64,000 bases of DNA, taken from IMG/VR virus record IMGVR_UViG_3300002098_001673, positions 1 through 64,000 of that record. One strand, 5' to 3'. Positions 49,101-57,158 of this stretch are shown here, one piece after another (the stretch's first letter is position 1; every line of letters starts with the position of its first letter). A program made the translations under genes and the position numbers. Source of the stretch: a virus. The notes beneath the pieces were generated by a model, which was given only the letters and a program-made list of their open reading frames with translations, did no database searches and was not told the DNA's origin.

Positions 49101-49361
49101 ATAAGATTTTGCAATATATGCTGCTTCATATTTAGGAATTTGAGTATTCACAAATTTAACGGGTTCTGTTCCCCCAAAATAAGCTTGGAATTCATCATAA
49201 TTAGTGATAAAGATTGGTTCGAATGCAGGACCTTTTATAGTTTCTCCTACTAAACCTAACGTAGTAACACCGACACTTTGAGCTACAAATGATAAATCTG
49301 TCTCAGAAGTGTATACGCCGGGTGATACATATACTTTTTGATTTGCTTGTGCTGTTGCCAT
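46149..49361 (-). CDS. Tail sheath protein, T4 gp18-like
   Basis: VSPGVYTSETDLS, GETIKGPAFEP, YTATYYPW, PWFASAGYTRG, RDTLYQGRINPI, WGNKTLQ, LNVRRLL, LLFEQND, KPTKALEFI. Confidence 0.96.
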   Translation of the reverse strand: MATAQANQKVYVSPGVYTSETDLSFVAQSVGVTTLGLVGETIKGPAFEPIFITNYDEFQAYFGGTEPVKFVNTQIPKYEAAYIAKSYLQQSNQLFVTRILGLSGYDAGPSWSLSLIANVDPTTIGINSGISATTFTASFTGISSANTLTFVSGSLPANVLVNFNKQYRLSDGSVSTLSSDFTNIINSIYDSPQTSATTVVMYGAIPEQNYNTITGQYSAVTNVYGCDTNNLATNDLTASSNDPWFYANFDITSGNNYTGYSFDYVITSLVSGPSNTFTGTITGKTYSFTGTAYTNFNNMVVSTLRSRGISLYSNSSDSVDHGPVYEVSGLTDLQLVCSGQYSGITQNPYATFLLSGITKDSNTFSFEVSMLASSSKYITKVLGIDNFGKNRTQVPIFVEEYYQATLNYAYNKGYIRGLKCDLIALPDARSESPSSIAWNLEKYQSPETPFLVSELRGNKVYRLFKFISISDGASANTEIKVSIANLSFNNMTFDVLVRNFYDTDANPVVIEKFTNCTMDPGSNSFVAKKIGSSNGEFALISKYIMLEMANDYPIDALPCGFYGYTQRQYESVNNPSPYPVYKTKYYYPGEVVFDPPFGTSSGGSNAVESGGDIVRRTYLGFSSQFGIDESFLEYKGKQNPIVGWADATDSAPWNYLSKGFHMDSGATVVSISNSALLTSGETAFECGVADFRFDPETQENPYYFIYSRKYTVCFAGGFDGWDIYREYRTNQDRFQLGASGYLAGAAPSTRYPTATGDGLFKRIVVQNNTQDFANSDYYAYLLGILTFANPEATNINVFATAGIDYVNNSNLVEETINMVQYQRADSVYIATTPDYNMYTPDGTSQYDVIYPQEAVDNLDNTGIDSNYTATYYPWILVRDTVNNTQIYLPPTGEVCRNLALTDNIAFPWFASAGYTRGLVNSIKARRKLTQEDRDTLYQGRINPIATFSDVGTVIWGNKTLQVTESALNRLNVRRLLLQARKLISAVAVRLLFEQNDQIVRQQFLDSVNPILDSIRRDRGLYDFRVTVSSSPEDLDRNTLTGKIYLKPTKALEFIDIEFFITPTGASFENI

Positions 49362-49448
49362 TATTTAATAATTCTATTGTGGATTTATTTTAATGATAAA
49401 TATTAGTTAGAATGTGAAAAAACTTGACTTTTAAATATATATTTGTAA

Positions 49449-49643
49449 ATGGTGAGAATAAATTCTACCTTTTTTCTACCTATGAAAATAAAGAAAGAAA
49501 TAAAAAATATTAAAATATCGCCAGAATCACACGATGTCTTAAAAAAATACTGTGATAAGAGGGGAATTAAAATTTATAAATTTTTAGAAAATTTAATTTT
49601 TGAAAAGTGTAAAGAAAAAAAAGATATTTATGGGGAGAATTAA
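49449..49643 (+). CDS. Small ribbon-helix-helix DNA-binding protein
   Basis: KNIKISPESHDVLKKYCDKRGIKIYKFLENLI fits the RHH pattern; start may be ATG 49482; TATATTTG at 49438-49445 upstream. Confidence 0.65.
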   Translation: MVRINSTFFLPMKIKKEIKNIKISPESHDVLKKYCDKRGIKIYKFLENLIFEKCKEKKDIYGEN

Positions 49644-50680
49644 ACTAATTTACAATTATAAATAATTGTTGAATCTTTTGTATCATCATTTTTGATTACT
49701 TCTATTCTTAGAATATCGTTTGTTGTGATTTGAATTATTTCTACATTACTACCATAATAATTGTTGTTTATATAAACATCAAACGAATCAATATTGTCGG
49801 TCGACACTAAATTCATATTTGCGGTAAAATCCATAACATCACTTAATGTATTATTATCAACAACAAATAAAAAATCTAATTTAAATTCATCAGGATTTTC
49901 AGGGAATCTTAAAGGTTTCTTTTTTAATGTACTTGTATCAATTTCAAACAATTGAACAACTCTTGAAATTGCTGGTTTAACTTGAAATTCTTCTTCGTCA
50001 ATAAGATATCCCAACATTGTAAAATCATAATTCTGTATATAATATTTTCTTTTATCTAAATCCATAACAGATTCATCAGAAATATTATTCATTATTATTG
50101 GAACATATTGTCCTTTAATAAAAGTATATGCTTGTCTTGAAGAAAATTTTTGTAAAACAACTTTATTAAGTTGATTTAATTCTCTCATTCTATTACAAAT
50201 AATTTTCACACTATAATTAATATCAACAGGTACAGGTTGTGGTATTGTGTATATATCCATACCTTGTCTGTTTCCATCCCATGTTGGGACCGATGCATAA
50301 TAAAATTGTTTTCTGTTTGGTATTGTATATTGAAGTGACGGATTTGTTCCGTATTTGACTTCGGGACTTCTAACAACAGTTATAAATGGAAGTTTAACAT
50401 TTAAATCGTTATCTTGAAAAGTCCCTGTTTCTGCAAACTGAGACCAATTCTGTGTTGTAATCATAATATCAATCATAGGTACAACAGCACCTTCACTAAC
50501 AACTTTCAATTCTTCTTTAACAAAATCTAACATACCTCTATCCAAATCTGCATGCAATACTGATTTAGGTAGATACGTCCCATCAGAGTTGATGTACTCC
50601 AATAATTGCTCTCTTCTTGCTGAAAGAATTTTTTTTGGAACTAAAGGTAATGTTTTTTTTATTTGTTTTGGAAATCCCAT
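49640..50680 (-). CDS. Tail terminator / sheath stabiliser, gp15-like
   Basis: KLPFITVVR...IPQPVPVDINYSVKII...LNQLNKVVL...FTMLGYL; position upstream of sheath. Confidence 0.6.
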   Translation of the reverse strand: MGFPKQIKKTLPLVPKKILSARREQLLEYINSDGTYLPKSVLHADLDRGMLDFVKEELKVVSEGAVVPMIDIMITTQNWSQFAETGTFQDNDLNVKLPFITVVRSPEVKYGTNPSLQYTIPNRKQFYYASVPTWDGNRQGMDIYTIPQPVPVDINYSVKIICNRMRELNQLNKVVLQKFSSRQAYTFIKGQYVPIIMNNISDESVMDLDKRKYYIQNYDFTMLGYLIDEEEFQVKPAISRVVQLFEIDTSTLKKKPLRFPENPDEFKLDFLFVVDNNTLSDVMDFTANMNLVSTDNIDSFDVYINNNYYGSNVEIIQITTNDILRIEVIKNDDTKDSTIIYNCKLV

Positions 50681-50682
50681 AA

Positions 50683-51096
50683 TTATTTTTTTGTTACAAA
50701 TATTTTATCTTTAGAATTTATCATATTAACTTTATTGGCATGATAAACTGGTTCTTGATTATCTTTATATACAAAAGTATCAAACATATAAGGATTATAT
50801 GTTACAATTTTTCCAAATGTTTTTACAGGTAAATCATCACAAGGAAATTCACAATAATCCAATAATTTACCTATTACAAAGGCATGAACATTTTTACTTT
50901 TTTCAGTTCTAACTTTTTCTTTACCACCTTGTCTAACTCTAAATTCAACATCACCAAGTTTAACATAATCGGCGTGCATAATAACTTTACCATCATATGT
51001 TACCGAAAAAGTGTGTTTATGTAAATTATAATAAACCATAACTTTTTTACCTACAAATAAAGAATCAAATTGAGATTCGTTAATAATAGTTTTCAT
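50683..51096 (-). CDS. Hypothetical phage protein
   Basis: 137 aa; VYYNLHKHTFSV...KNVHAFVIG...VTYNPY. Confidence 0.75.
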   Translation of the reverse strand: MKTIINESQFDSLFVGKKVMVYYNLHKHTFSVTYDGKVIMHADYVKLGDVEFRVRQGGKEKVRTEKSKNVHAFVIGKLLDYCEFPCDDLPVKTFGKIVTYNPYMFDTFVYKDNQEPVYHANKVNMINSKDKIFVTKK

Positions 51097-51102
51097 AATA
51101 TT

Positions 51103-51615
51103 TTATATACCTTTAAATTCATTTTCATTTACAGGAGTTGCGATAATCGTTCTATAAAAAGGACGAACACCTCCATAAGTGTGGCGGTTGTCTGAAACCA
51201 CCCTACCATCATCAGACACACTATAGTATCTTACTTTTTTCTCCGTTTCATAATATCCAATATAATCTCCAAATTGAATATCAACTTCCATTTCACTAAG
51301 GGTTTGTTGATAAATAGAGAATCTTAAATTTCCTGGCTCATCTTGTTGAACTTTTGAAGTTCCAAGTTTTTGATTTGTTGGTGCCATAATTTGAACATAA
51401 CCCTTAAGTTCAATAGGAGATAAGAATTGAATTCCATCTTTTAAAGACTCCCCATACACATCGTCCGTTTTTGTTTTATATCTATCAATACGATATAAAA
51501 TTATTGTGAAATTCATATCCCCCAATAACCATTCTTCACCCATATTAATATCTAAAGTATAATCTTCATCACCAAAAAACTTACCAAGACGTGTTACCGG
51601 AACTAATTTTTGCAT
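51103..51615 (-). CDS. Head-closure / neck protein, gp14-like
   Basis: ILYRID...DDVYGE...IQFGDYIGY...YYSV; context. Confidence 0.6.
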   Translation of the reverse strand: MQKLVPVTRLGKFFGDEDYTLDINMGEEWLLGDMNFTIILYRIDRYKTKTDDVYGESLKDGIQFLSPIELKGYVQIMAPTNQKLGTSKVQQDEPGNLRFSIYQQTLSEMEVDIQFGDYIGYYETEKKVRYYSVSDDGRVVSDNRHTYGGVRPFYRTIIATPVNENEFKGI

Positions 51616-51675
51616 AATATGTTTATTTTTCCTTATTGATAAATACTCAAAATTTTATTATAATTAATTAACTTA

Positions 51676-54600
51676 ATGAACAAAGAAATAAGTTTAGAAT
51701 CGAAAGCTATGTCCATCCTTGAGACATATGATGGAGGTAATAATTATATATTTGAATTAAAAAGAAAATCTCAAATTAATAAAAAGTTTTATCCGACAAG
51801 AAGTCAATCAGAATATATTATTAATTTTCATGATAAACCACCGAAAATTGCAAAGAAGTGGGTAATATTAGATTCGTATTTTGCACAAAAATTAGCTGAC
51901 GATAAATTATATACAGAAATTCCACAAAAAATTTGGGTTGAAAAACTTTTAGCAGATAAAGAAAAATCTTATCATATTTGGGGAAAAGTATTTGAAACAG
52001 AACAACTTCATGATTTTTGGTTACCAAAGGCATCAATCATTAAAGATAACAGAGTAAAAGATGTTGTTATTAATTATGACAAATATTCAAATCGTCCACC
52101 ACTACCGCATCAAAAAGAAGCGATTCAAAAGCTGGTTGAAAATAAAAAATTTATACTTGCTGACGATATGGGTTTGGGTAAAGGGATTACCAATAACACA
52201 CTGATTTACAATGAATTGGGAGTAAAAAAAATGGGTGAAATTGTGGTTGGAGATAGGGTTATTGGTTCCGATGGTAAAGCATATAATGTGAATGGTGTGT
52301 ATCCTCAAGGAAAAAAAGAAACGTACAAAATCACGTTTAATGATGGATATTCCATAATAACGGATGACGTACATTTATGGTCGGTATCTTCACCCAATTA
52401 TGGTGAAAATAGAAAAAACGAAAGACGAAAAAAATCTTTAACTCTATCTACTAAACAAATGTACGAAGGAGGTAAGATTATAATAAAAGGTGATGGTTAT
52501 AATTCGGAAAAAAAATATGAAGTTGAAACTTTTTATAAATCACCAAACGGAAATAATAAATGGCAAATACCTATTGTTCAACCTATCCATTTCAAAAATA
52601 AATATGATTTACCAATTGACCCCTATTTGTTGGGACTATCGTTGGGTGACGGTTATTTTGATAAGTACAAGAATTGTCGCTTTACCGTTCACAAAAATGA
52701 TTATGATGAATTATTTCAAAATTTTGATTTGAAAAAAATCAAAACAAGAGTCAATCAAAAAGGTGGATATATAAATTTTCAAAATAAATTAAATGACTTA
52801 AAATTAAACAATACTAAAGCCCATAATAAATTTATACCTGATATATACAAATACACATCAATTGAAAATCGTCTTGCGATTTTACAAGGTTTAATGGACA
52901 CTGATGGTCACTGTATGATATCAAAAAACGGTAGTTTTAACGGAACCGAATTTTCAACAATTTCAGAAAAACTTTGTGATGATGTTTGTGAAATTGTACA
53001 AACATTGGGTGGAATAGCACGTAAAAAATCAAGACGTAGTTTCTACAAAAAAGATGGTAAACGAATTGAATGTAACATATCTTATCGAGTTAACATTAAA
53101 TTACCAAAGGGTATGAACCCATTTAAGTTAAAAAGAAAAGCAGATAGATATGTCGAACCAAAAAAATATCCAATCGGAAGATATATAACAAATATTGAAA
53201 AATATGGGGAAGATGAATGTACTTGTATATCTGTGGATTCTCCAGATAAATTATATGTAGCCCAACATTGTATAGTAACACATAATACTACGTCAACCAT
53301 AATTGCCACTTTAGAAACAGGAGCAAAAAAAGTTCTGATTATATGTCCTGCAACACTTAAGATAAATTGGAAAAGAGAAATTGAAAACTATACAGACAGA
53401 AGTATATTCATTGCGGAAGGTAAAAACTTTTCAACCGTTCACGATTTTGTTATAATAAATTATGATATCATAAAAAATTTTCACGAAACCAAAAAGAATG
53501 GTAAATCTTTAATTAACGATACAAATTTTGATTTAGTAATTTTAGATGAATGTTTTACATACGACACTAAAATTATGACCGAATCTGGTGAAAAAAATAT
53601 TGGAGATATTGTAGAGAATGGATTAGATATTAAAATTTTAACATATAACCATAGAAATAAAATTTTGGAATATAAAAAAATAAATAGATGGATTAGAAAA
53701 AATAAAGACACTATTTACAAAATAAAACTCAACAACGGACTATTTTTAGAGTGTACTGATAATCATAAATTCTATGTAAATAATAAAGGATATGTTAGGG
53801 CAAACGAACTCACAACAACCGATGACTTGTATATGTTGTCAGAAATTACTAACGAAGAAACAGATTTGGAAAAAAACAAAATGTTGCTCAAAAAGTTGTG
53901 CATCTATAATAAGGAACAAAACTTCACCACAAAAAACAAAAGAATTGAAGTTTCACAAAAATTGTCCGGAATGTGGAATCCTAATGAGTTTTACAACGGA
54001 CATAAAAATGAAAAAGAAAACATATTGCTCTGTAAAATGTTCAAACAAAGTAAAATCAAAAAATCCAGAGGTAAGAGAAAAACGGAGAAAAACAATAGAA
54101 AAAAATGGGGGGTGGTCAAAAATAATGAAAAATACTCATATGAAAAATCCTCATACGGCAAAATTTTCTTCTCAAAGGATGAAAAAAAACAACCCAATGA
54201 AAAATTTGGAGAGTTTAGAAAAAATGAGAGAAAAATTAAAAGGAAGAACCTTCTTATCAAGAGGAGGGAATGGGAAAATAACACCACAACAAGAAATATT
54301 ATTTCAAATGTTAGGGGAAGGATGGATAATGGAATTACCAATTCTAACAGAAAATGCAAAAATGTTATTCAAAAGTTTGCCACCATCATACAAAGTAGAT
54401 ATTGGAAACCCAAAACTAAAAATATCCATAGAAATAGATGGGAGAACGCACAAACAAAAAAAGTGGAAATTTTTGGACAAGAGAAAAACCAAAATATTAA
54501 ATATGTTAGGGTGGAAAGTATTGAGATTTTGGAACGAGGAAGTTATGACAAATCCACAAAAATGCATTCAACAAATACAAGAGTGTATGATTTAGAAATT

Positions 54601-55632
54601 GAGGATAATCATAACTATTTTGCAAATAATATTTTAGTTAGTAATTGTCACTATATCAAAAATGTTACAGCGCAAAGAACAAAACTAATTAATGATTTTG
54701 TAAAAAATATTGACAGGTTATGGTTATTGTCTGGTACACCAATGACATCAAGACCAATTGATTATTTTAATTTATTAAGTTTAGTTGATTCTCCTACAGC
54801 AAAAAATTGGATGGCTTATGCAATTAGATATTGCCAAGGATATCAATTTAATGTTGGAGGTAGAAAAGTTTGGAATGTTGTCGGAGCCTCAAATTTAGAA
54901 GAATTGAGGGATAGAACCTCCCCAACAATCTTAAGAAGATTAAAAGAAGATGTTCTTGATTTGCCTGAAAAAATAATAACACCAATCTACCTTAGATTAA
55001 AATCTAAAGAATATGAAGAAGTTATGGGTGAATATTATAATTGGTATGATAAAAATCCTGAAGAGTCAAAATCATTAACAGTTCAGTTTACCAAATTAAC
55101 AAAAATACGACAAATCATTGCCAATGAAAAAATAGAACATACAATTGAGCTTGCTGAAAATATTATTGAACAAGGAAAAAAAGTAATCATATTTTGTAAC
55201 TTTACAGAATCTTTAGAAAAGATAACACAACACTTTGGTAAGAGTGCTGTTAAGTTAAATGGAACAATGTCAAAGGTAGAGAAACAAAACAGCGTTGACC
55301 AATTTCAAGAAAATGAAAAAATAAAAGTATTTGTTGGTAACATTAAAGCGGCAGGTGTTGGTATTACATTAACTGCTGCTGAAGCTGTTATAATGAATGA
55401 TTTATCTTTTTTACCTTCAGACCATTCACAAGCAGAAGACCGTAGTTATAGGTATGGTCAAAAAAATAATGTTTTAGTATATTATCCAATATTTGAAAAT
55501 ACAATTGAAGGGATAATATATGATATATTGAATAATAAAAAACAAGTGATTGCAACAGTAATGGGGGATAATCAAAATTCTGCAAATGCTGCTGAAGAAA
55601 TACTACAAAGAATTAATGAATTAAGGCAATAA
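51676..55632 (+). CDS. SNF2-family (HARP/SMARCAL1-like) helicase precursor with two inteins; about 585 aa after splicing
   Basis: PLPHQKEA, LADDMGLGK|T, LIICPATLKINW, ILDE|CH, LLSGTP, LRRLKEDVLDLPEK, AAGVGITLT, QAEDRSYRYGQ. Confidence 0.93.
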   Translation: MNKEISLESKAMSILETYDGGNNYIFELKRKSQINKKFYPTRSQSEYIINFHDKPPKIAKKWVILDSYFAQKLADDKLYTEIPQKIWVEKLLADKEKSYHIWGKVFETEQLHDFWLPKASIIKDNRVKDVVINYDKYSNRPPLPHQKEAIQKLVENKKFILADDMGLGKGITNNTLIYNELGVKKMGEIVVGDRVIGSDGKAYNVNGVYPQGKKETYKITFNDGYSIITDDVHLWSVSSPNYGENRKNERRKKSLTLSTKQMYEGGKIIIKGDGYNSEKKYEVETFYKSPNGNNKWQIPIVQPIHFKNKYDLPIDPYLLGLSLGDGYFDKYKNCRFTVHKNDYDELFQNFDLKKIKTRVNQKGGYINFQNKLNDLKLNNTKAHNKFIPDIYKYTSIENRLAILQGLMDTDGHCMISKNGSFNGTEFSTISEKLCDDVCEIVQTLGGIARKKSRRSFYKKDGKRIECNISYRVNIKLPKGMNPFKLKRKADRYVEPKKYPIGRYITNIEKYGEDECTCISVDSPDKLYVAQHCIVTHNTTSTIIATLETGAKKVLIICPATLKINWKREIENYTDRSIFIAEGKNFSTVHDFVIINYDIIKNFHETKKNGKSLINDTNFDLVILDECFTYDTKIMTESGEKNIGDIVENGLDIKILTYNHRNKILEYKKINRWIRKNKDTIYKIKLNNGLFLECTDNHKFYVNNKGYVRANELTTTDDLYMLSEITNEETDLEKNKMLLKKLCIYNKEQNFTTKNKRIEVSQKLSGMWNPNEFYNGHKNEKENILLCKMFKQSKIKKSRGKRKTEKNNRKKWGVVKNNEKYSYEKSSYGKIFFSKDEKKQPNEKFGEFRKNERKIKRKNLLIKRREWENNTTTRNIISNVRGRMDNGITNSNRKCKNVIQKFATIIQSRYWKPKTKNIHRNRWENAQTKKVEIFGQEKNQNIKYVRVESIEILERGSYDKSTKMHSTNTRVYDLEIEDNHNYFANNILVSNCHYIKNVTAQRTKLINDFVKNIDRLWLLSGTPMTSRPIDYFNLLSLVDSPTAKNWMAYAIRYCQGYQFNVGGRKVWNVVGASNLEELRDRTSPTILRRLKEDVLDLPEKIITPIYLRLKSKEYEEVMGEYYNWYDKNPEESKSLTVQFTKLTKIRQIIANEKIEHTIELAENIIEQGKKVIIFCNFTESLEKITQHFGKSAVKLNGTMSKVEKQNSVDQFQENEKIKVFVGNIKAAGVGITLTAAEAVIMNDLSFLPSDHSQAEDRSYRYGQKNNVLVYYPIFENTIEGIIYDILNNKKQVIATVMGDNQNSANAAEEILQRINELRQ
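52183..53286 (+). mobile_element. Intein 1 (368 aa), class 3-type, LAGLIDADG endonuclease, inserted in Walker A (GK|T)
   Basis: Starts G-ITNNTLIY; block B TDDVHLW; PYLLGLSLGDG and LQGLMDTDG; block F CTCISV; ends IVTHN|T. Confidence 0.9.
53551..54645 (+). mobile_element. Intein 2 (365 aa), class 1, inserted in Walker B (DE|CH); no in-frame endonuclease
   Basis: Starts CFTYDTKI; block B ECTDNHKF; block F VYDLEIEDNHNYFAN; ends LVSN|C. Confidence 0.9.
53792..54595 (+). CDS. Zinc-finger + DUF559/Vsr-like endonuclease overprinted in the +1 frame inside intein 2
   Basis: CICC..CCSKSC and CPEC..YCSVKC fingers, basic helical repeats (THMKNP, NNPMKN), and TPQQEILF...YKVDI...ISIEIDGRTH...DKRKTKILNMLGWKVLRFWNEEV. 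Start 53792 or 53822. Confidence 0.82.
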   Translation: MLGQTNSQQPMTCICCQKLLTKKQIWKKTKCCSKSCASIIRNKTSPQKTKELKFHKNCPECGILMSFTTDIKMKKKTYCSVKCSNKVKSKNPEVREKRRKTIEKNGGWSKIMKNTHMKNPHTAKFSSQRMKKNNPMKNLESLEKMREKLKGRTFLSRGGNGKITPQQEILFQMLGEGWIMELPILTENAKMLFKSLPPSYKVDIGNPKLKISIEIDGRTHKQKKWKFLDKRKTKILNMLGWKVLRFWNEEVMTNPQKCIQQIQECMI

Positions 55633-55696
55633 TATTTATGTTATTATCAATATGTGAAATAGAATATGATTGATGATATTTATTATAAAAAAGGAT

Positions 55697-56815
55697 ATGC
55701 CTGTAATACCAGAACCAGAAAGGTCGAAAATATATACAAGAGTCAAACATTTATTAGGTGCTCCATTAAGAAGTGTTGAAATTGAAGATGAGATGATGGA
55801 TTCTTTAATGGAACTTTCTATTCAAGATTATGAACAATATACTTTAGATTGGCTTATTGAAAGTCAATGGGTTAACTTAGTTAACTTAAATATGTCAGAA
55901 AAATCTGTGGCAAAAGCTTTAATAACAAGAACTATGGATTTTGAACAACAATTTGCTTATTCATATTCAAAAATTGTTGGATTACAAACTATGGGTCCTT
56001 GGGTTTTGAAAAAAGATTATTTTATATTAAGTGCCAATACACAAAATTACGAAATTCCTGCTGGTAGAGAAATAAATGAACTTCTTTGGTTTAGTAACCA
56101 AGCATTTAGTGCTTTTGGATTAGGAGGAATTGGTGGATTTGGTTTTGGTGGTATCGGATTAGGTGCAAGTGAAGCTGGATATGCTCAAATGGGATATCAA
56201 GGTTCTTATTTTATGATGTCAGGTTTTGATTACTTAATAAGAATGCAAGAAGCAAATATTTTGAATAGAATTTTAGGTGGTTCATTAACATATAGAATAA
56301 CAGGATTACCTGATGGTAAGAAAAACATTATGTTATATAATACACCAGGTGGAAAATTCAATTGGGGCAATTATAGTTTATATGAAGGAAAAGTAGTTTG
56401 GTATTGGTATTATGATGTAGGTCCTGATGATAGAGCGGCGTGTTTAAAAGAAAATAAAGATGTAATAAAATTACCTTCAGATGTACCTCTTGAAGAATTA
56501 AATTGGATTGATTTAAATGTTCCGGCACAACAATGGGTAAGAAGATGGTTTACTGCATACGTTAAAGAAACATTGGGTAGAGTACGAGGAAAATATAGCG
56601 GTAATTTAAAAACACCTGATTCTGAAATCACAATGGATTATACAAGTCTTTTAACCGAAGGTAAAGATGAAAAATCAAAATTAGAAGAAGAATTAAAACT
56701 ACGATTAGAAAGATTAAGACCTGAAAAACAAATGGAAAAAGAAGCATCGATTGCTGAAAACTTAAATAAACAAATGAAGTTTAGAGCCTTTCCAAGACAA
56801 ATATATGTAATATAA
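55697..56815 (+). CDS. Neck / head-tail adaptor protein, gp13-like
   Basis: LLGAPLRSVEIEDEM...WVRRWFTAYVKETLGRVRGKYSG...LLTEGKDEKSKLEEEL; preferred start ATG 55697 after TATTTAT. Confidence 0.75.
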   Translation: MPVIPEPERSKIYTRVKHLLGAPLRSVEIEDEMMDSLMELSIQDYEQYTLDWLIESQWVNLVNLNMSEKSVAKALITRTMDFEQQFAYSYSKIVGLQTMGPWVLKKDYFILSANTQNYEIPAGREINELLWFSNQAFSAFGLGGIGGFGFGGIGLGASEAGYAQMGYQGSYFMMSGFDYLIRMQEANILNRILGGSLTYRITGLPDGKKNIMLYNTPGGKFNWGNYSLYEGKVVWYWYYDVGPDDRAACLKENKDVIKLPSDVPLEELNWIDLNVPAQQWVRRWFTAYVKETLGRVRGKYSGNLKTPDSEITMDYTSLLTEGKDEKSKLEEELKLRLERLRPEKQMEKEASIAENLNKQMKFRAFPRQIYVI

Positions 56816-56822
56816 TTATATT

Positions 56823-57158
56823 ATGGCAATAATAAGAACAATACCCTCTCAAAAAATTATTAATGGAGATATTATTAATACTTCAGAAGTATCTTTAATA
56901 TCTGAATTAGAATATAGTACAAATGGTGAAGATTGTATTATAATTATGGGAGTATCAGAATCAATCATTACTTTAAATTCAAAAACAACAGACCATATTG
57001 TTGTTAAATCAATGATTAAAACAACAATAAAACCTGATTTTGGTAAAATTGATGAAGATTATGATGAAATACTATTAGATAGATATGCTTGTGTTGAATT
57101 TAGATTCTGTGGTGGTAATTGGTATATTTTAAGTTCCGACGGGTTGAAGCAATCTTAA
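56823..57158 (+). CDS. Hypothetical protein
   Basis: 111-aa ORF following the neck gene. Confidence 0.65.
   Translation: MAIIRTIPSQKIINGDIINTSEVSLISELEYSTNGEDCIIIMGVSESIITLNSKTTDHIVVKSMIKTTIKPDFGKIDEDYDEILLDRYACVEFRFCGGNWYILSSDGLKQS

Noticed and set aside
17609-51615. Bacterial contractile injection system or tailocin
   Set aside because: Interleaved with neck, polymerase, helicase, SSB and RNR genes, consistent with a phage genome.
52490-52732. Alternate-frame ORF inside intein 1
   Set aside because: Short, motif-less, and intein 1 already has an in-frame LAGLIDADG domain.
53991-54567. Minus-strand ORFs inside intein 2
   Set aside because: Phe/Leu-rich antisense shadows of A-rich sequence with no motifs, unlike the +1 ORF.
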